A stretch of DNA of 55,478 nt, the filler included, from Squatina squatina (Eukaryota), in assembly GCA_031763465.1 (NCBI GenBank). It is 3 parts of 3 records of this genome, joined end to end, with 100 filler letters (N's around TTAATTAATTAA, not from the genome) between each part and the next. Parts side by side here need not be neighbours in the genome. Positions count along the whole stretch, not along the records: positions 1 to 25,486 come from JARFOE010000222.1; 2 more parts are not named here. One strand, written 5' to 3'. A program made the position numbers and the translations under genes. Shown here piece by piece: positions 12,368 to 25,139 of the stretch. Every line of letters starts with the position of its first letter. Positions within the stretch are counted from its first letter, which is position 1. Below the pieces are notes generated by a model that had not been told where the DNA came from, ran no database searches, and worked only from the letters and a program-made list of their open reading frames with translations.

Positions 12368-13421
12368 ACAACAACAACAACAACAACTTGCATTTATATA
12401 GCGCTTTTAACATAGTAAAATGTCCCAAGGCGCTTCACAGGAGCCTTAACAGATAAAGTTTGACAATGAGTCAGATAAGGATGAAATAGGACAGGTGACC
12501 AAAAGCTTGTTCAAAGAGATAGGTTTTAAGAAGCGTCTTAAAGGAGGAGAGGTAGAGAGGTGGAGAGGTTTAGGAAGGGAAATCCAGAGCTTAGGCAGCT
12601 GAGGCACGGCTGCCAATGGTGGAGCGATGAAAGTCAGGAATGCGCAAAAGACCAGAACTGGAGGAGAGTAGAGATCTTGGAGGGTTGTAGAGTTGGAGGA
12701 GGTTACAGAGATGCAGAGGGGCGAGGCCATGGAGGGATTTGAAAACAAGGATTTGAATTTTGAAATTGCCGGACCAGGAGCCAATGTATTCAGCGAACAC
12801 AGGGGTGATGGGTGAACGGGACTTGGTGTGAGTTAGGATATGGACACCAGAGTTTTGGATGAGCTCAAATTTATGGAGGGTGGAAGATGGGAGGCCAGCC
12901 AGGAGTGAGGGTTTCAGCAGAAGACGAGCTGAGGCAGGGGCAGAGTTGGGTGATATTACGGAGTTGGAAGTAGGCAGTCTGAGTGATGGCACAGATAGGT
13001 CGGAAACTCATTTCAGCATCAAATACGACACCAAGGTTGCGAACAGTCTGGTTCAGGCTCAGACAGATGCCAGGGAAAAGGATGGAGTCGGTGGCTAGGG
13101 ACCAGAGTTTGTGGCAGGGACCTTCCAAATATTTAGTTGGAGGAAATTTCTGCTCATCCAGTAGTGGATGTCTGGCAAGAAGTCTAACAATTCAGAGACA
13201 GTGGAGGGGTCAAGAGAGGTGGTGGCGAGGTAGAGCTGGGTGTTGGCAGCGTACCTGTGGAACCTGATGTGTTTTTGGATGAGGGACAGCATGTAGATGA
13301 GAAACAGGAGGATGCCAAGGATAGATCCTTGGGAAATTCTAGAGGTAACGTTGTGGGAGCTGGAAGAGCAGCCATTACAGGTGATTCTATGGCTACAAAT
13401 GGATAGATAAGAATGGAACCA
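12368..13421 (-). mobile_element. L2-clade LINE, 5'-truncated: RT C-terminal half and 3' tail
   Basis: Minus-strand translation shows decayed PQGSILG.LLFLIYML and FHRYAANTQLYL (YADD box) and VRNLGVVFD. Ends gcgctatataaatgcaag(ttg)n. Confidence 0.88.
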
Positions 13422-15541
13422 TTCTGAATGCTGGGCTAGACAGAAGGCTCTGTGGTATCTAATAACCTTGTGAGAAGTAAAGAACCATATTTAAATTGTT
13501 GGTTTATTGTTGAGTATTATTGCAACAGGAGGGTTGCATCGAAGAGATTAATAAATTTGTAATTACTNNNNNNNNNNNNNNNNNNNNNNNNNNNNNNNNN
13601 NNNNNNNNNNNNNNNNNNNNNNNNNNNNNNNNNNNNNNNNNNNNNNNNNNNNNNNNNNNNNNNNNNNTACTATTCCAAAAACAAATTGCTGTACAATATG
13701 GTAGCTCATGACCTAGGAAATAGTGAAGCTTACCTTTGGCTATTACAGACAACTCCCACGATTCTGCTGAAGACAGGGGTTGAAGAGCATTCACTGGTTG
13801 AGGGTCAGAACAATGCTTGCATCTGGAGAAAAAAATGATACCTTTTATGAAGCAAGCTGGAAACCAAATTTCTCTTACCTTCAAAAACAAAAAAAACAAC
13901 TGTTAACAATTCATTCCTTTAAGCAACCCATAATCTTTTTCTATTAAGTATTAGAATATACCAAAATAATTGAATACTACATGACGTACTTGACATCTAA
14001 ATTTTATTTAATTATACGTTACAACTTGAAAAATCTTAATAACTTAGCATAATCAATGTGGTATGATCAGGCTGTTAGCTTATGGATATCAGCTTATGAA
14101 TTTGCAATGAGTTCGAAAGACATTCCTTTGCAATTTGAAACTCTGTTAAAATAGCGGCCAAAAGAATGTGCTACGTGTTTATACAATAATATTGCAGTAT
14201 ATATTCACCCTACCATTGCTTTGGATTTTTCTACATTGAATGGGTTATACATCTAAACATTGTTAGGCACACTTGCCAAGAAATATTCTGCATATATCTG
14301 GACCACTGAAAACTGCAGACAATGATGAGCATGGTGTACAACAGCCCATTTAATCTATTAAAGACTTGTGGATATACTGCAGCATTGTTCTCAGTGAGCC
14401 AGAGGAAGGGAAAAAAGTTTGTAGGAGATGCGATGAAAAGAAACCGTGAAGTAACTGGATTGTGATAAAGTGTGAAGTGATTAGTTCCTGGAAAATTTCA
14501 GCCAATCATGATAAGTGGANNNNNNNNNNNNNNNNNNNNNNNNNNNNNNNNNNNNNNNNNNNNNNNNNNNNNNNNNNNNNNNNNNNNNNNNNNNNNNNNN
14601 NNNNNNNNNNNNNNNNNNNACACACAGGTTACCTTTTTGGTCTCTAATAGGCCCCACTATTAACTCTCCTCATATACAAATGCAGTATGTGGGTAGTCAA
14701 TGATGTGAACTTGTATCACCAATAGTATAATACAATGTAAACCAATGAATGACATCAACATTCTAACCTACAGACTGTGCAGTAAAAGCACTGAACTGAA
14801 GTAAAATGTTATGCTTTATTCTTACAGCTAGCCTATGACAATTCCTTAGTTCATACTATACTTCAATGAAAAATACTTGAGAGAGTTAGTGTAGAAATTA
14901 TAAAAGCGTTTGACATTGTCAACTAGAAAATTCCACAGAATGGGAAAACATTCTCAGAGGGTCAAAAAATAGTCCAAGTTTGTAACTTCCACAGTGTATA
15001 TTTCATAAGCGCTTCATGTACTTGGTCCCAGTAGACCAATGAAAGCTGGTCCCAGAATAAATTAATTCCTACTTCGTGAAGAGGAACAGCAGGAAGTCAT
15101 TAGATTAACCTTTTGAATTTTAATGCCTCGGGTTTCTGTGTCTACTTCNNNNNNNNNNTCCTCCTGCATTAACTGCTTGCTGCTTGACATATGTATCCAC
15201 TATCTCATCAGTCATTACAACCCATGGAATCAATTACATACGTAACTTCATATATTAAACAACATCTATATTTCTGAATTACCAATCAGTATTTCTCAGC
15301 TTCACATATAGACCATGTTCCAATAAAGTCAAATTTTAAATCGCTCCCATTACGTTCAATACTGAACACTAGAAGTGTAAAATATTTAGGTAATTTTGTG
15401 AGGCGAGGGTCCGAATACAAAGCCTCACCAGCATTGATAGANNNNNNNNNNNNNNNNNNNNNNNNNNNNNNNNNNNNNNNNNNNNNNNNNNNNNNNNNNN
15501 NNNNNNNNNNNNNNNNNNNNNNNNNNNNNNNNNNNNNNNNN

Positions 15542-16468
15542 ACATGCATGCTGACAACACCCAGCTCTACCCTACCACCAACTCTCTCAACCCCTCCACT
15601 ATTTGAGTTGTCAGGCTACATGTCCGACATCCAGTCTTGGATGAGCCCAAATTTTCTCCTATTAACATTGGGAAGACTGAAACCAACGTCTTCAGCCCCA
15701 CCACAAACTCCATTCCCTAGCCACCGACTCCATCCCTCTCTCTGATCACTGTCTGAGGCTGAACCAGACTGTTCGCAATCTAGGTGTTCTATTTGACCCT
15801 GAGCTGAGCTTCTGACCCCATATCCTCTCCATCACCAAGACCTCCCACTTCCACTTCTGTAATGTTGCCCATCTCCACTACTGCCTCAGCCCATCTGCTG
15901 TTAAAACTCTTATCCATGTCTTTGTTACCTCTAGACTTGACTATTCCAATGCACTCCCAGTCAGCCTCCCATCTTCCACCCTCAGTAAACTTGAGCTCAT
16001 CCAAAACTCTGCTGCTCATATCCTAACTTGCACCAAGTCCAGTTCACCCATCATTCCTGTGCTTGCTGACTGACATTGGCTTCTGGACCAAGAATGCCTC
16101 GATTTTAAAATTCTCATCTTTGCGTTCAAATCCCTCCATGCCCTCAGCCTTCCCTATCTCTGTAACCTCCAGCCTTATAATGCACAAAGATCTCTGCTTT
16201 CCTCCAAATCTGGCCTCTTGCGTATCCCCCACTTTCTTTGCCCCACCTTTGACGAATGTGCCTTCAGACATCCAGGCCCTAAGCTCCTGAATTCTTTCCC
16301 TAAACCTCTCTGCCTCTTTCTCCTCCTTTAAGATGCTCCATAAAACCTACCTCTTTGACCTCCACCTGTCCTATTGTCTCCTCCTTTTGTGTCAATTTTT
16401 GTCTAAGGAAGCACCTTGGGGCTTTTTACTACATTAAAGCTGCTATCTAAATGCGAGTTGTTGCTGCT
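15542..16468 (+). mobile_element. L2-clade LINE 3' portion
   Basis: HADNTQLY motif at the start, VRNLGVLFDPEL, LIHVFVTSRLDYSN, KLELIQNSAA, and tail ...tgctatctaaatgcgagttgttg. Homologous to 12368-13421 in the opposite orientation. Confidence 0.88.
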
Positions 16469-17042
16469 ACACTCTGGCAGCTCATTTGAAAAACTGGACT
16501 ACTTCAGTAATATCAAAGTTCCAACTCGAACAGAAACAAAATAACTGATATCCACAGTTAGTGAGATAACTCTGGTGAGATTAGAATCCTCTTCATTGAT
16601 CTGGGGTGCTATTCAGAGTAACTGAGAAAGATGTGGATCAGAAGCTTATCAGCACTGTTTATTACACCACTGCAAAGACAATCAAAGGCAAGATTCCTCA
16701 TAGAAATAATAACTAACCTTGCAAGAGCTGAACCAAATGGAAGAATTGATTACCTATTAAGTACAAAGATCTAGAATGATTAGAAATAAAACATTTAACA
16801 AAGAAAATTATACATCAGTTGAAGACCTAACAAAAATATTTCAATTGGCTTCTTCTGCGCTTGCAGGCACATCGCTGAGTGAATGAACTGCATGAACAGT
16901 CTCTTTGGAAACAAATGAAGGTAATCACAAGACAGCAAATAACTTTCACAGTGAATGATACTACAGAGGCCCACTTTGTATTAGGATCACTGTTGTATTT
17001 CACTGTGTTCCACCTTAGGGAAACAAACAAATCATTTTTATT

Positions 17043-17081
17043 GAGTTCTGACGAAGGGTCATCGACCCGAAACGTTGACTC
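17043..17081 (+). ncRNA. Minimal type I hammerhead ribozyme motif (Penelope-type)
   Basis: Stem I GAGUU(17043-47)/GACUC(17077-81); core CUGACGA(17048-54) plus an extra A; stem II GGGUC-auc-GACCC(17056-68); GAA-A(17069-72); palindromic ACGU stem III; predicted cleavage after GUU at 17076. Confidence 0.75.
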
Positions 17082-17112
17082 TGTTTTTCTCTCCACAGAT
17101 GCTGCCTGACCT
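17043..17112 (+). mobile_element. Penelope-like element terminal (pseudo-LTR) fragment, cut by a gap
   Basis: ctgacgaagggtcatcgacccgaaacgttgactctgtttttctctccacagatgctgcctgacct is an abundant elasmobranch repeat that I recall as a Penelope terminal repeat. Confidence 0.65.
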
Positions 17113-18050
17113 NNNNNNNNNNNNNNNNNNNNNNNNNNNNNNNNNNNNNNNNNNNNNNNNNNNNNNNNNNNNNNNNNNNNNNNNNNNNNNNNNNNNNNNN
17201 NNNNNNNNNNNNCATTAGCACTTCCATCATTAGCCCTCAGCAATTTGCAAATCAAATAATGATTTAATACAGCAAGCATTAATCAGCTAATGTCATGTTC
17301 TCATTAAATAGTTAATAATTTTATGCTTTTATGTGAACTAGTAAACAGCATGTCAGGTGGAAGCTATAGCTTGCTCAGCTGTTGTCCAATAGCATTGCAA
17401 TTATGTTCACAGGCAATTTGCGCCAATTTCCAGGAATCCATATGCATTGATCATAATGCAAGAAATTGAAAGAGGCAGCAATGGATCCAATTATCAGAAG
17501 TCCACTGCAGTGGTGAAATGTAGCTGATACAGTGCAATCTCAGTCAATAGTTAGAAAATACTACAAATTGCAACTCAATACATTAAAACTGAGGCATCTC
17601 TACTTGGGCTGTGCCACTATGGGCATCCGGGGTTCTTCATCAGCTCCTTCATGTACCTCTCTCTCCAGCTTCCTGNNNNNNNNNNTGTGAATGACTTCCA
17701 GCAGTTCAGGACATTGGATGGAGTGCCCTATAGATCCGTCAACTTTCAAAGGAAGGATAGGTCGGTGTTGGTTGGTTCTTCACCTTAATCCACTGCTACT
17801 GCTAGCCAATCATCAAGTAGTATAGATTGCATTCTTCCAAACCTCTCTCTTTCTGAGTAGGTAAGGAAGGGAATGTGCAAAATAGGATTACCAACCCGCT
17901 GTCAGAAATTCTTCTTAGTTACCAATGTTATCATTAATAGAGAGATGACAACTCATCGGTAATCATATTTCCAAGTCTGTTAGTCTGGCCACCCGTGATC
18001 ATAAAAGTATTAACAAAGTCTCATCATTGATTAAGCTGAACATCACTCTT

Positions 18051-18155
18051 AAGAACATAAGAAATGGGAGCAGGAGTAGGCCATTCGACCCCTCGAGCCT
18101 GCTCTGCCATTCATTAAGACCATCTATCTTCTACCTCAACTCCACTTTCCTGCAC
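18051..18155 (-). mobile_element. CR1 LINE 3' tail
   Basis: aagaacataagaaatgggagcaggagtaggccattcgacccctcgagcctgctctgccattca is the reverse complement of the typical shark CR1 3' end with its microsatellite tail. Confidence 0.8.
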
Positions 18156-18269
18156 GATCCACTATTAAGGGGCTTGAAGTCAAATGTATGGGAGACAAAG
18201 GTGATATTGAACTCAAAAGAATATCTAGGGCAGATTTGAAATTAGAAAATACACTATCTGAGATGGAAC

Positions 18270-18590
18270 TAAACCATACAGACCAGACAGTCCCAGATTG
18301 GTTCCCTGGTCTGGGTTGGGTTAGCTGAGCTCACCTTGGCCACAAAAGGTACTAAACCTAGACTTAGGAGCAGATAGGATTCACAGACCTGTACAATATT
18401 CCTAGAAAGTGCATGAAGTCACTGGGCGAGCAGAAGATTATGTTAAGCTGTGATGTTCTCGGAGATCAAGTGTCCTGCAACACAGTCAAACCTCATGTCA
18501 AATGGCCACTTGAGAGAGATGCTGGAGAGCTGATGATACCCGTTAAACTTTACATAGACATGATTCAGTGTCTTCAGAAGAGGGGTGTTT
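18270..18590 (+). mobile_element. Old unnamed SINE-like family, diverged copy
   Basis: ccatacagaccag...gttagctgagctca...aagctgtgatg...aatggccacttg...cttcagaagagggg, colinear with the other copies. Confidence 0.55.
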
Positions 18591-19079
18591 GACTGTTTCT
18601 GAACCTATTGGACAGACAAGAAAATGCTTCCAGCTGACCAGCAGTAGTAAGAATTAATCATTTTTTTTTTATATAAAAGTTAGCACTTTGGTATCTAGTT
18701 TGGTCGGACTTTAGTGCATTAACTCTATAGACATTATTAGAGCTTGAGGGAAGAGAAGGAGTGAAAAGTGAAGTGTTAGAAATCGTACCTATACTAGAAC
18801 ACGTATGTTTCTTTGTTACCAGATAAGTTGTTCAATGCAGCCGAAGCACTTAAGTTTCATTTTTTAGACTCNNNNNNNNNNNNNNNNNNNNNNNNNNNNN
18901 NNNNNNNNNNNNNNNNNNNNNNNNNNNNNNNNNNNNNNNNNNNNNNNNNNNNNNNNNNNNNNNNNNNNNNNCCCAGATTTTTTGATCGTAACCCTGATAG
19001 CCTCCCATTCATATTAAATGGGATACTGTTGACACTACTACTGGAAAATCTAGGCCAACTTCTTCACATCTCTCACAAG

Positions 19080-19260
19080 TCTAACCAACAACTCCCAACT
19101 TTACTTCTGATGACTACAACTTTAGTCCTTCTTCATCTGTTAACATTCTTGGACTTATTCTTTCCTCTGATCTTAAATGGAACTTTTGCATGTCTGCTAT
19201 TGGTAACGCTGGCTCCAAGAAGTTTGGTTTGTTCGTTTTGAGCTAAACACTTCTCTCCCC
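19080..19260 (+). mobile_element. Old CR1-group LINE ORF2 fragment (post-RT region)
   Basis: Translation NILGLILSSDLKWNFCMSAIGNAGSKKFGLF fits the ILG.....L.W..HI.....AS.KLG.L pattern of non-LTR ORF2. Confidence 0.5.
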
Positions 19261-19309
19261 TCTGAACTACCAAAAAGATTAAGACCACCCAAGAATTGAA
19301 TACTGTTCT

Positions 19310-20165
19310 CATCCTGCGAAGAACGGTTGCTACACTCTCCAACTGCCTGTTCAACATTAGGACCTGAATGAACCAAAATTCCCTCCTGCTCAAGGTTGGC
19401 TCTCCTTTTTGGCCTTTGCCAGCTACTATGTGCCTCTGGCTACCCTTGACTCCATCAACCTCCCTGACTGCCACCTCAGGCTGTCAGATGTGGAGCTTTG
19501 GTCTACTGCTTGCCCTCTTGCACAGCTTCCTCCCCATTTCCACTTCTTTAACAGGACAGCTTTCTTTCACTTCCTCAACGCTCCCCCACTCCACACTAAC
19601 TTTGCCATTCCACTAACAAAACCCGAGTCGATTCCTTCATCACCTTGAGACTCAATTTCTCTGAAGTTTTTCTTCCAGCCTCAAGTATCCACAAGCTTCA
19701 AATTCATTGAAAATGCTACAGCATAGTTCCTCACTTGCACTGCCCCACGCTGCCATACCCAACTTCTCCAAGCTCCACTATCTCCCTGTAAGTATAGACT
19801 TCAGCTTTTCTATCCTCGCCTTTAATCTCCTCCATGGCCTCACCCTACTCCTCCTCCGAAGCCTGCCTTAACTCCCTGCATGCACTCTTTGCTTCCCTGA
19901 CACTGGGATTCTCATTGGCTGCCGCTCTCCCTATTCCACCATTAATGACCACTTGCTCAACCACAATGCTCATGCCTGTCCAATTACCTCCACCCTCCCA
20001 CCTCCCACCCTGCTCTCAACAATATCCTCGAAACCTTCTCTTTATTGTCCTGTGGGTCCCCAGCCTTGTTGTTTCCATTTTTCCCTTCTACTCAGCATCT
20101 ACTGTTTTGTCCTCATTATTGTAAAGCAATCTGAGACAGATTCCTGCACGTGAGGTGCATTAGCA
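19310..20165 (+). mobile_element. Highly decayed L2 LINE 3' portion
   Basis: C/T-rich strand bias, tgcctgttcaacattaggacctgaatgaaccaaaattccctc (CL.DI..WM..N.L) and tail tgtaaagcaatctgagac...gtgaggtgcattag. Confidence 0.55.
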
Positions 20166-21076
20166 AAGCAGTGGGTACCTGGGATGGCTTTTCTAAAACC
20201 TTTCACAACCCTGAACAGGGCAGAAGAAAAAGTTCATTTAATAGGCGACCCTTTTTTCTTAACTTCATAACTCCATCACAATTTTTCTTGTCTCTCCATT
20301 TTACTGGTATGACAGTGCTCTCTTTTTTTTTCTCTCCCAAACCACTGAATATCCTCTTCCTCCTTGCAACAACCTCAACTGTGTTGAATTCAAGACTCAT
20401 TGCAAACTTCTGATTCTATATCATTCTTTGGGACCTCAAACTAGCTTAAGTTCACTCAAACTCTCCTTTCTCCTATGATCTACAGGCTTTCAAAACCCTA
20501 GTGTGACATCACGTTATCATTACTTCTGGATTTACCTCAACTTTCCAGCCTTAGGGACCTCGTCACTGCTATAGCTGTCTCAATTTTTTTTTTAAAAAAC
20601 ACTCTATTGAGTTATCTATGTTTATCTACTCTAACTGTATTCTCTCAGCTTTGGAATGAACGCCCACTTACTCCCCAGGATCATGAGAAACCTTTAGAAA
20701 TAATGTTTTCTGAGCAGTGCGTTTTTTTGGGAATGTGATCCACAGGGGTAGTATATTCCTAAGAGCCAGCTGTCATTTAATTCGGGTGGCACCGCAGGGT
20801 TTTACAGTGAACCTATCAAGCAATTAAACAGTGAAGCAATCAAGTCTACCTGCTCAATTATTACTGTCCAGCAAGAACATTATTTCAATCTGATCGCCTT
20901 TTCAAATGGTTAAGTGTTTCCAGAGAATTGTAAATAGGCAAATCACAAGACTGAGAGAACTGTGACAATTACATTTCTTCTTATAGCACTAGAGTTAGTT
21001 TTTGCCCAGTTGAACCAATGTGAATTTAAAAAAACTACACTTGCACATGCTGTTAAATAGGAATAATGATGAAAAT

Positions 21077-21521
21077 AAAGAACTTGCATTTCTATAGCAC
21101 CTTTCACGACCTCAGGACATCTCAAAGTGCTTCACAACTAATTAAGTACTTTTGAAGTGCAGTCACTGTTGTAATGTACGAAATGCGACAGGCAAATTGC
21201 ACACAGCAAGCTCCCACAAACAGCAATGAGATAAGTGACCAGATAATCTGTTGCAGTGATGATTGTTGAGGGATAAATATTGGCCAGAACTCCCCTGTTC
21301 TTCTTCAAAATAGTGCCATGGGATATTTCATGTTCACCTGAGAGGGCAGACGGGGCCTCTGTTTAACGTCTCATTCGAAAGATGGCACCTCTGACAGTGC
21401 AGCACTCCCTCCGCACTGCACTGGAGTGTCAGCCTAGATGATGTACTCAAGTCTCTGGAGCAAGATGAACCCAAGAACCTTCTGACTCTGAGGCAAGAGT
21501 GCTACCACTCGGCCACGGCTG
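21077..21521 (-). mobile_element. DeuSINE (SacSINE1-like), best-preserved full-length copy
   Basis: Reverse complement begins cagccgtggccgagtggtagcactcttgcctcagagtcagaaggttcttgggttcat (A and B boxes), has the complete central domain, and ends gaggtcgtgaaaggtgctatagaaatgcaagttc. Confidence 0.9.
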
Positions 21522-21802
21522 ATGCTCAATATCAGAGACTAGGGCCCAATACGTGAGATACACTATTGTTTTTCAAACTCTGGTAAAGTTACTGTNNNNN
21601 NNNNNNNNNNNNNNNNNNNNNNNNNNNNNNNNNNNNNNNNNNNNNNNNNNNNNNNNNNNNNNNNNNNNNNNNNNNNNNNNNNNNNNNNNNNNNNNTTATG
21701 GGACTCAAAAGTGAATCACAAGAGTTGAGAGTCCTGTTCTTCAAGCATAGTAGAGTATTGATGCTATTACACTGTAAAAACTGCCAACATGCTTTAATTT
21801 TT

Positions 21803-22212
21803 TAAAATTCATTTTCAGGATATGGGCGTCGTTGGCAAGGCTGACATTTATCGCCCATCCCTAGTTGTCCTGAGAAGGTGGTGATGGGTCTTCTTGAACC
21901 GCTGGGAATGGTTTGATACAATTGCGTAGCTTTCTTGGCCCCTTCAGAAGGCAGTTGAGAGTCAGCCATGTTAGTGCAGCACTGGAGTTCCATAAAGCCA
22001 GTCTGGGTAAGGATGGTAGGTTTCCTTCCCTACAGGGCATTCGTGAACTAGTTTGGTTTTTCTGATAATCTGACAGCTTCTTCTTCACTTTTACTGAGAC
22101 TAGACTTTTATTTTCGAATTTTTTTTAAACGGATTTCAAATTCTCAAATTGCCATGGTGAGATTTGAACTCGTGTTCCCTGGATTACTAGTCCAGTACCA
22201 TAACCACCATAC
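21803..22212 (-). mobile_element. Second tRNA-derived SINE family, carrying the CR1-group tail
   Basis: Reverse complement: tggtggttatggtactggactagtaatccag...gagttcaaatctcacc (A/B-box-like head)...agggaaggaaac...cagcggttcaagaag...agggatgggcgataaatg...gacgcccatatcc. Tail shared with 8770-8907. Confidence 0.75.
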
Positions 22213-24164
22213 ATGCATATGTTTCACAAAATGTTTCAATGTTGCATGATACGCTTCATATACTATCATATTCTTACTTTATCTTAAATAACTTCCACTG
22301 CCACCCTTAGCACCCCAATGATTGACCTTCAACCATCTATATTTCACACAGTTTGATTTAGCTCAAAATGCTCTCTCCAGATACAATCTAAGTTTGGAAC
22401 AATAAAGTCTTTAACTGCACTGCAGGATTCTTTTTGTAATTCAAGCAGACAACTTATGAGTATTTCATACAGTCACCATACCACTTTATTGAAATCACAG
22501 GGTCAATGCTGCAAAATAATATGCATTTCATATTTATAATTTGTATTTTAGTATCACCTTCTATCCTATAGCTTATCATTCTGTCATTGCAATAAACTTG
22601 CAGAATAAAGCTGTTTCCCTATACAGAATGCTATATATCACTGTATATTTAATTGTATAAATTGAGGGTATGAGTGTCCAGGAAATTATCTCGTTGCAAC
22701 ACAGATCATTTTTCACCACTATACATAATTCTTTGTCCTATATATATTGTTTTTTAAAAACTGTAATCAGAATGTATTCCAAAGACGTACTATACATGAG
22801 TTATCTCGCAACTGATAGCAAGGTTATCAGAGTAGTTCACTCACAAATGTAAATTATGGGTCTTCATCCTGCATCTTCCACTTAGCAATACTGAGATACA
22901 TTAAGTGAAACAACACTGCGGTGTGACACCAGTGATCTAAAGCCTCATTTATGCAATAAACCTGCCATGTGGTACACGTGTAACCTGCTGTACACAACTG
23001 TGATGGCTCTGAGCAGCAATAACTAAGCTTGGTGACAGCTGGATTTTTGTTTTTGGCAAGTCATGAAGCTAAATAATTACATCTTCCTGTGAGGTGAATT
23101 TGGCCCTTCTGAATTTTATACAACACCTGTCAGTGAAATTTCTTAGATAGCCGGTTGCTGAGTAACTGAGATATTAAAAAGCCCACCATTCTTGTACTAT
23201 AGTTCTTTAAAACTAACAGAGAAAGCAAAAGGTTATGTTAAATAAAATTATTCCCACCTGTTGTATGATCACAATGAACAATGTAATGTCCAGTTTCTCC
23301 ACTTCGGCAAATGGCCAACATAACTAGCTTCCTTTTAAATGAAATAAACTGGGACACAGAATTCCAAACAAGGTGACCGAATTCGAAGCAGCGGTANNNN
23401 NNNNNNNNNNNNNNNNNNNNNNNNNNNNNNNNNNNNNNNNNNNNNNNNNNNNNNNNNNNNNNNNNNNNNNNNNNNNNNNNNNNNNNNNNNNNNNNNTGTC
23501 TTTAATCCCTTCCCTGCATGTAAAAATCAACAAGCCAATACTCATTTATTATGTATTCATGTTACACTGGTATGGCTGCTGTTTATAGTCATACATTATG
23601 CATGAATGGTGCAGTAAGTAAATGTGAAGGAAAAGTCCAGTGTAATATTTCCCTCGGTTTGCAAAAGAGACCAATAAATCCTTATATTAACAGTTTCATA
23701 CAACCTGAAGACAAAATGGTGGGTGCGAAAACATTTTGAACAGGCGGCTTTGTGCAACAGCATTTCAACGATGAGTGGTGAAGGAATTTGCCAATCAAGA
23801 TGCACCCAAAAGAATTTTGTAGTTATTTTCTGTCAATTGAAAAGCAAAATGGATAACAATACAAAACAAAAACAATACAAATAGCTTCAACTTAAGCAGT
23901 ACTAGTTCGACCATAAGTGTTTATATGCAAACAGTTCCATCCATATTTACCTCAAATGTTTTGAAGGGTAAGTTAAACCTACATGTTGCTACCTCTAAGA
24001 CTCATTCATTCAGTTGTTTTATCCTGAATAAAAATGGATAAAACAATCTGCAAAGCATCTGCTATCCAAAAGCTTGGGATCTCCTAAAAAGTAGTGAGAT
24101 GCTGTCAAACAGAGGTGCAGCGTTTATAACTAGGAATACTCATTCCTCAAATATTTCAGTCCCA

Positions 24165-24521
24165 AACTAAAGTCACAAATGATAGCCTCTGTGTTTGTGA
24201 CCTCTACATTATCTCTACTCGACTGCAATCTTTGACATGATCGATCATAGCATACTCCTCCAATGCCTTCCCTGGGCAGGTTCCATGCTTACCTATACGA
24301 TCATAGCCATCTCCTGCAATAGCTTCGCTTCCTGCCACCAAACCATTACTTTCGTAGTCTCTAACCTTTCCCATTTCCTCTTACTCATCTGCATACAGCC
24401 CCTTGGCAATATTATCCACGTTCACGGAGTGAGCTTCCACATGTCTGTTGATGACTCCCCGCTTTACTTCACCACCATCTCCCTTGACCCCTCCACTGCC
24501 CCTGTGTTGTTGGATTGCTTG
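24165..24521 (+). mobile_element. L2 LINE RT-domain fragment
   Basis: Translation FDMIDHSILLQCL (FDTIDH motif) and VSFHMSVDDSPLYF (decayed YADD). Confidence 0.75.
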
Positions 24522-25049
24522 NNNNNNNNNNNNNNNNNNNNNNNNNNNNNNNNNNNNNNNNNNNNNNNNNNNNNNNNNNNNNNNNNNNNNNNNNNNNNNN
24601 NNNNNNNNNNNNNNNNNNNNNACAGCTAAATTAACCTAAGAGTAGTCACACATTCATCAAGTGAATAGAATCTACAGGAACATTAGGCTGCTCAACAGTA
24701 CCATTTATTTCTGTGCCTCAAAGAATGAATGGTGGATAATTAGTTTCTCAAGAAAAAAATAGAATGATAGCTTTTCTATTTCCATTGGGGCTGAAATTGG
24801 AATAGCAACAAATTGATCAGAGATTCCTAAAACATATAAAAAGAGTAATTATGTGTACAACGCAGTATTACATTTACTACATTTAAATAAAAGGCAAAGA
24901 GCTCTGGTTTCTGGTTTGTTTTGTACAGCAAATATTCTGACAATTCTGTCTAAATTCTGTTCCTCTCAAATCATACAAAACATTGAGTAGCACAAAGCCT
25001 AAGACAACACAATAAACAATGTTTCTTTATGTTTCGTTCCCATATTACA

Positions 25050-25108
25050 CAGACACGATGGGACGAATGGTCTCCTTCTGTGCTGTAAATTTCTATGATA
25101 CTATGATT
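25050..25108 (+). mobile_element. CR1 3' tail
   Basis: gacacgatgggacgaatggtctccttctgtgctgtaaatttctatgatactatgatt: CR1 terminal motif plus a (ctatgat) repeat. Confidence 0.75.
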
Positions 25109-25139
25109 CGACACTGTATAGTTTTAATTTAATTACGTG

